The notes under the pieces: generated by a model
Seen by the model: the letters and a program-made list of their open reading frames with translations, nothing else
The model's database searches: none
What the model was told of the DNA's origin: nothing
Part shown: positions 58,001-64,000 of the stretch, piece by piece
Position numbering within the stretch: the first letter of the stretch is position 1
How the letters are laid out: each line of letters starts with the position of its first letter
Assembly (NCBI GenBank): GCA_002633005.1
Contig: NMRA01000149.1
Span: 640,440 to 704,439, forward strand
Length of the DNA stretch: 64,000 nucleotides
Direction of reading: 5' to 3'
Origin: Phoronis australis
Taxonomy: Eukaryota > Animalia > Phoronida
Made by a program: the position numbers and the translations under genes

Positions 58001-61000
58001 TAAAACAAGATTGGTTGGTTATCCTAGACATATTTTCCACTTAATTACAGCTTTTCGTAATTTTATTAATTACTCGACCGCTACTCCGGAAGTGACGTTT
58101 TAGGAGGCAAGCATTTCGCGCCAATTTCTTTTCATATAGTCTGACTGGGAAAGCTGCCGAGTCAGTCATTGTTCTACCTCGGTTGTGTTAAGTTCTGTCG
58201 TCGTTTGATTTCATTTACTAGTCAGTCAACATGCCACACTGTTGCTGCGTACCAGGATGTACTAACTATCGGCTCATGCGCGCTTTGGGAGGACCTTTGC
58301 ATCGCTTTCCGATGGATGACACACTTCGCCGTACTTGGCTCGTTCGTGTGAAGAACGCAGCGTTACCCGTCCACGCAACGTACAAAGCAGTGGAGAATTA
58401 CCGTGTGTGTGGAAAGCACTTTCTGCCGTCCGATTACGAAAGGGATTTGTACGCTGAACTGATGAAGGTCCCTGCGAAACAACGTCTGAAGAAGGATGCC
58501 ATTCCGTCTGTGTTGATTCTCGGCAGTGCCCCGTCGCCACCCCCGAGAAGTGCGTTTTTGAAGAGAGAAGCCTCGCGAGCTGTGGCCAGTACAGTGACTG
58601 GAGCCAGTGGAGGCACTTCATCNATGTCTGAGGCTACAATATAGAACATGTCTGAAGCTACAATGTAGAACATGTCTGAGGCTACAATATATAACACTTA
58701 CAAGAATAGAATATGGAATATGTCTATTCACTATCAGGACAACATGTGAACATTTCACCATCAATGACCAATTTGTGTACATGCAGCAAAAAGAATCTAA
58801 CGAGTCATAATATTTTTCCAGTTGCTAAACCAATTTGAAGCAAAAATATGCACTAACTTTTAGTCATTTATCGTACAGCGTTGCTATCAAAAATAAAATT
58901 CAGTTTTCCAGTAATAAACAAGCTTTCATAAACCAAGTTATATTTTGTAGAATAACAACTTTAAACTTGTACGGTGAATAAGAAACACAAACACAAACAG
59001 CAAGTCACAGAGAGCAGATTAATTGCCTACTTACCTTGAATTGTCCTTAGCTTGATCATGTAGTGGGTGCTGCTGATAATGTCCAAAGACTTCAAATACA
59101 ATGGGCTGAGTCTTGATGTAATCTACCAATGCCCTGGTCACAGTCACAGTGAACTGAAGCAGAAATGGAACACTAGCGAAATGATGATAATGGTGATAAC
59201 AATACCCATCATGATTATCAGTATCAATATATCATTGTTGTCATCATCTTTATTGTTACTATGTATATTCCCGAGTTCCATTTACATTATAGAAAAAAAA
59301 GAGAAAAGATCCTTAAGTTTTTGAAACCAAAGAAACCATACCTTTCGTAAAACGTGTACAGCCGTTTTGTACATATCTCACGAACTTGTTTCACCACTGG
59401 GTGTGCCCTCTGATTTTGAAGACTAACACAATAATATATTTTTACTATTTTATTGAATTTTTTTATTCTTCAACGTCAGAGGACGCACCCAGTGGTGAAA
59501 CAAGTCTGTGAGATATGGACGAAACGGCTGTACACGTTTTACGCAAGGTACGGTTTCTTTGGTTTCAAAAAGGATCTTTTCTCTATATTTCTATCTTTAT
59601 TGATATTAGTAAATAATAATTATTAATCCTTTACCACTGTGTTACGCCTTTAAAAATTTTCTGTGAAGAAACTTTCAGGTATGTAAGTCTCGATGACTGT
59701 ACTTTGTCACTGAGTGTATAATAAAACCAAAAACGTTTGCTTATATGATGCCAACCTTGTACAAGACCTCAGATTAACTACAGAAATGTTTCTTTAACTG
59801 TGATTAATGACAAATCTTTAGATAACAAATCGTTATTCCCCAAGTGAGTCCCTGACAAACAATTACACAAAAGTTACACGTAAAAATTACCTTGAGATAT
59901 CCCATTTTACACAATGGCAAGTGTCCAACATTTTGATTTTATGAAATTTTGTGACGGTCACAAAAATAAAGAAGTGAAATATCACAAATTCTTTTCGTTT
60001 CTAATAGTTAAAATGCTGTAGCAAATGGAGCTCACGAGTGTTATTTTTGGATTAAACTATTTCATTCTCATTGTATTTCGAAACTGGCCTAATTTCTGAC
60101 CCACAAATGAAGCACTCGAGGTAAATACTAACAAGCATTATCATGTAAGTCATGAAACGTTCTGCATTTTTCAGAGTATCCACAGACTCTCCATAAAGTC
60201 ATACATAACCTTAATGAACTTGAAAGACCAAAACAATTAAAAACTGATAGATAAATGAGCACTAATGCACAGCACGGACAGCTTACATTCTGCACGTGAT
60301 AAAATGCAAGTGGCGGACCCTTCCCAGTGTTCTTCAGGGGCTCAGTGGCAAAAGCCTCGTCATGTCTATGAAGGAAGCTGAAAGAAACAATCAAAACTAT
60401 TAAGTTGTCATGACGACTCACGTCAGCCAGAGGCAACTCACTGAGCAGTACTTTAACATGGTTAATGGAGGTGATTGTTAGGTAAAACACTGTACAAGTA
60501 ATCCATTCAAGCAGTTTAACTTTGTTTAACAGTTAGTGAATCAATCAAAGCAAAGTGGAATTAAGTCTTCAAATACTGCAAAAAACAGTACTTCCAACAC
60601 TTTTTAAACAGTAACATACTTCAACCAAGAGGGCAGAGCTGGTGTCTGTGTGTCAGCTTTTATAGAGCAAATTACGCTTCACCCCCTTTCATAACTCAAA
60701 CGTTCACAGGAAATACAGCATAACATCTACAACATTAAGACTGCTCTATAATAGTCATTAATGTCGGAGAACATAGTAAATTTATATCTATGATACCCAA
60801 TACTGAAATGGCAGAATTTGAAGTTCCGAAATATCCTAAAAAAAGCAACAAGTGAATAACGTCTTTCCGGCATCAAAGCATCAAAGCACTCACTTAAACT
60901 GGCAGAAGATGTTGGCATATTCTGGTGAGATTCCAAATGCCTGCAGGACAGTGACCCTGAACGTGAACTGGGCACCAATGTTGAGGTGCTGGGGAAGATC

Positions 61001-63910
61001 AGACAGATCCACCTCAACACCACTATCCATACTGAGTTCACTGGTGGAGGTTGGCGTTTCCGTGATCACATCATCTACAAATGGTAGACGACTCAGAGTG
61101 ATGCGTGTTTTACTAAGCACAAACAACACACACTGCTTTCAGTGACAAGACAAAATAAAAATAGACAGACTTAAGTTTGAAGTCTTTCAAAATGCAGCCA
61201 CTGAAGCAAACTTGACCTAAAATGAATGACATTAGAAACGCGAAGCACCTACCGTATGCATTGCACAAAGGACAGATACCCAGGATGAACATTATTTTAA
61301 AAATTCCCACTAAGGTGAGCAATGCTAGTACACTCAAAATAGCCTCCAGGTGGTGCAAAGCAAGTCAGCAATGTTCTCTTCAATAGAAACACACCCGCCA
61401 CCTTTCATCATGATTCTCCACACAGTTTGAAAAATAGGGAGGCGGGCGACAAAGAACAGACACAAAAACATTATAAAGGACACTAAGAAGCATAACGTAG
61501 CCAAATTAGTGCTATTGTCTACGTGATAGTAAGCGACTTGCCAAACAGCAAAAAGTCCATAAATTTGAATTTGATTTGGCAGATATTGAACCACAGATGG
61601 ACGGGGATGACGGCAAAAAGTGTATCATGATGGCATTTTGCTGCTTTGTGTCTCAGCTGGCTTTTTATTAATTCTGTGAGATTAATACCCCCTACTGGCA
61701 TCAATATAATCAATATAGTCATACAATAATGTATACAATATTGTCATATAATAACGTATACCTCTACAACCAAGGAACTATGGAAACTTAAAAACATGGA
61801 TACAATTTGAGGTCCAACAACAATGGTGACTTCTTACCAACAAAGAGTCAACATGAAGAACTAAAACAAAACTAAACAAAAATCTTAATAGTTACCATTA
61901 GCACATAAACAATCATAACAGTGAACATATGACTGGAGTCCATGATAACAAAAAGCAATCTTGTATATCAGGCAACCAAAATGTTACAGGTTTTAACACA
62001 AGAAATCTGCAAATAAACTGAATAAATAAGCCACTGGCACCTGAGTGAAACTGGTGTGGCCTTAGTCTTACCCTTGGCCTGACCTTCAACAATTCTTTGA
62101 AGTTCATCTGTAGAAGCGACCATCTTGCATGAGCTACTTGGACTCGGCTTCAGTTTAAGTTTCTAAATAGGAAAGTTGGAAAATAAATGAAACAAACGAA
62201 CGCAGGAAGGTTCGCAAAAAGATGCTGATGAAGTTCTCTACTGAATATGGGCAGACCAGTTCAACATAAAAATGAGTTAATATTTTGAACCATAAGTATC
62301 TGCTACTTAATATTCTAATTACGCAGTGAGAAGTAACAAAATGGTGACCAATAAGTTTTTTTAAGTGAATTTATTTTTTACCATAACCTTTTTCGACAGC
62401 AATAACAGAAAATGGGTTCACTTATTGTCCAGCAGTCAAGTGCATACCTTTCTGAAGTATTCCTGATCATTAAAACTGATCTTGGCATTTCCAGATTGCT
62501 TCACAGCTGGTGGTGTTTCTTCTCCATCTGAAATTATAAGCAGCAGTTGCCAAGTTGCACTTTTACAGTGACTATGATAAATAAACAGAGTAGTTTAATT
62601 TATCCTGTCCGTTGGCAATTTATGAGAAGTAATTGTGAAGATTTGGCTCTGAACTTTATGCCTCCAAACACACCCTGCCTTTTATCAAAATTCAAACAAG
62701 ATCGACAGAGTGAATAGAACTATATCATAATGACCAAAAATACTTCAAGTGCTACTTGAATCTTTGATAAACATTTTTACTGTAACAATTCAATTTTTAA
62801 TACTACATTTCCCCATGTTTAGCTGCCAGTGTTGAATTCGTAACCAAAGCACTTACAACTTAAAACATTAGCACCCTCATACATAATGTGTAAAATTATG
62901 TGCCATTTTCGAATACAAAATTTTGGTCTTTGTCAACCCTGATGGATTTGATTTACTAGTCGGCAATGGTAATAACATCCTATTACCGTAAGAAATATTT
63001 TGAGTCCGATTTTATTTTATTATTATTTTTAACCAGCTAAATTGCAACTTAATTTATTAATTCAATTCAGAATGAGACTGAACAAACTAAGTCACAAGTT
63101 GTCCCATCATCACCATCAGGAAATGCAAATGAAAATAGACAGCTGTATTATAAAACATTTGACAATCAGTGGCATACTTAATAAGCAGGTAACTAGTCAA
63201 AGTGCAGTATAACATACCCGAGACGGCCTGAATTGCTACTCGTAGGAATCCCTTCACGTCACCTTTCTCATTCACAATAGCCACGCGATGAATAAGACCA
63301 ATAGAACAGAACAAGTTGCTCATGTACACAAATGCCCTGAAAAGGGATTGGTTACAGCAATTTGTCAGAAAAGACAACAGTGAAACAGCACACGGTCAAA
63401 TGAAGTCATTCATATGCAAATTCCTAGTACAAAATCTACTACACTATGGCAATGCAAAGTGAACCAAAATTTCAAACCGCTTACCATGTTAGAAATAAAT
63501 GGAACAAGTTCACAAATTTAGAGTTTAGAACATGACATTGGGTTCTTTAGAAAACCTTAGGTCTATTTTTCAGCTTTAATCTCGAATGTATTACTATATT
63601 AGCCGTAAGTAAAGATAGCCCAAAATTTGTGTCCAACAACAACTTGTCTTTGAAAAAAAGGGAAGTGAGGGCAAACAATCAAGTCACAAGGTGTAACATG
63701 TCTGAAACAGTCTCCAGTATTAGACACTTTTATCTCTGACAATATGAGAGATCCCATTTTTCAGACTCATACCTGCCAACCAATCGGAACCATGGAAACC
63801 TGTCATAGAATGGGTCGCCCCCAGTGATGCTGTCTACACAGGGGTCAGGAGATGTAGGTGAAAGGTCAGTCTCACTGTGGTACAGGTCACGCATCATCTC
63901 AAGTCGCCGC
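43088..63910 (-). CDS. KIF1A: Kinesin-3 KIF1A/KIF1B (unc-104) ortholog, C-terminal part (stalk and PH domain); motor domain lies right of window
   Basis: In-frame exons 63910-63773, 63336-63218, 62527-62448, 62162-62072, 61074-60894, 60377-60287, 59153-59035, 57374-57288, 54164-54093, 53326-53069, 52401-52287, 51835-51750, 51161-51052, 49966-49821, 49249-48840, 48673-48472, 47531-47412, 43977-43859, 43127-43088. Motifs [56 protein letters not shown]; PH domain [27 protein letters not shown]. Confidence 0.95.
44170..45247 (+). mobile_element. Helentron-associated non-autonomous element (HINE/DINE-1-like) with degenerate 140-150-bp internal tandem units
   Basis: Recurrent CCACTA(G/A)GGG..AAATTTCATGAA..ATC.ATCAAGG units near 44290, 44420, 44570, 44900 and 45050; GACGGA/GACAGA-type microsatellite at 45178-45200; 3' hairpin ACACTCACA-catcta-TGCGAGTGT followed by ATAATT. 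The left boundary is approximate. Confidence 0.6.
45499..46321 (+). mobile_element. PIF/Harbinger-type MITE, family A copy 3 (823 bp)
   Basis: Same TIRs as 5658-6477; TTA TSD at 45496-45498 and 46322-46324. Confidence 0.92.
50384..50947 (+). mobile_element. PIF/Harbinger-type MITE subfamily B (564 bp; same TIRs, different interior)
   Basis: GGGCTGTTCCAGTAAAATCTGTATGGGAGGGGGGG ... CCCCCACACAGATTTTGCTGGAACAGCCC; TTA TSD both sides; repeated CCACCCAT subterminal motifs. Confidence 0.88.
51623..51645. other. Poly-G tract containing an assembly N
   Basis: Run of G interrupted by n at 51637; likely a contig join or low-quality homopolymer. Confidence 0.8.
54458..54550. repeat. Three perfect copies of a 31-bp minisatellite
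   Basis: ATGACAGATATATGGACTAAAGTAGTTAAAT at 54458, 54489 and 54520. Confidence 0.95.
57375..57640. repeat. Minisatellite of about 11 units of 24-26 bp
   Basis: Consensus CTGAGGCTACAATATAGAACATGT, with units starting at 57375, 57401, 57427, 57451 ... 57619; three units recur at 58624-58693. Confidence 0.92.
57966..58622 (+). mobile_element. Left end of a Kolobok-like DNA transposon, truncated by an assembly gap
   Basis: Begins TTAA|AGGCGAAGG exactly where the duplicate flank (59019-59022) has an empty TTAA; shifts to GC-rich sequence; encodes a THAP domain; ends at N 58623. Confidence 0.75.
58231..58622 (+). CDS. THAP-domain (C2CH zinc finger) protein N-terminus, probably a transposase; partial
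   Basis: [33 protein letters not shown] matches the THAP consensus including the AVPTIF-like box; open up to the gap. Confidence 0.88.
58624..59022 (+). repeat. 399-bp second copy of 57567-57965, probably a haplotype overlap across the gap
   Basis: Same length, about a dozen substitutions, begins immediately after the N. Confidence 0.85.
59300..59584. repeat. Long inverted repeat (about 120-bp arms, 46-bp AT-rich spacer)
   Basis: Arm 59300-59421 (GAGAAAAGATCCTT..GAAACCAAAGAAACC..CGTAAAACGTGTACAGCCGTTT..TTGTTTCACCACTGGGTG) is the reverse complement of 59468-59584. Confidence 0.9.
59885..60125 (+). mobile_element. Degenerate relative of the 41218-41456 MITE
   Basis: Shared ATTACCTT....ATCC..TT.ACACAATGGCAAGTGTC and GTGTTATTTTTG..TAAAC...TTCATTCT blocks; termini eroded. 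Confidence 0.55.
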
Positions 63911-64000
63911 CTGGTGATCATAACATATAGAGGCATCTCAATAATAAAGTTCCTAATAATTGACCTCTTTGAACGCAATAACTTTAAACAGTTGCCCATT

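Noticed and set aside
58624-58644. C-terminus MSEATI* of the THAP ORF
   Set aside because: It lies beyond the N gap in minisatellite sequence, so the join is artificial

Overview
AT-rich, intron-rich animal genomic DNA from a bilaterian invertebrate; the repeat types suggest a lophotrochozoan or mollusc, which is an inference. Five host genes can be assembled from GT-AG exons: CDK8 (minus, 3' end off-window), a single-coding-exon cytosolic-type sulfotransferase with an unusual N-terminal targeting/TM extension (plus, head-to-head with CDK8), MEPCE (minus), ZCWPW1-like (plus, zf-CW + PWWP, head-to-head with MEPCE as in human), and the 3' half of KIF1A/unc-104 (minus). Introns carry PIF/Harbinger MITEs, a hAT-like MITE with a 6-bp TSD, TTAA-flanked Kolobok-type elements, a Helentron-like HINE, a SINE, minisatellites and three long palindromes. 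One palindrome contains minimal Penelope-type hammerhead ribozyme motifs. A THAP-encoding Kolobok-like left end abuts an assembly gap next to what looks like the empty-site haplotype. All coordinates were read by eye and no database searches were run.
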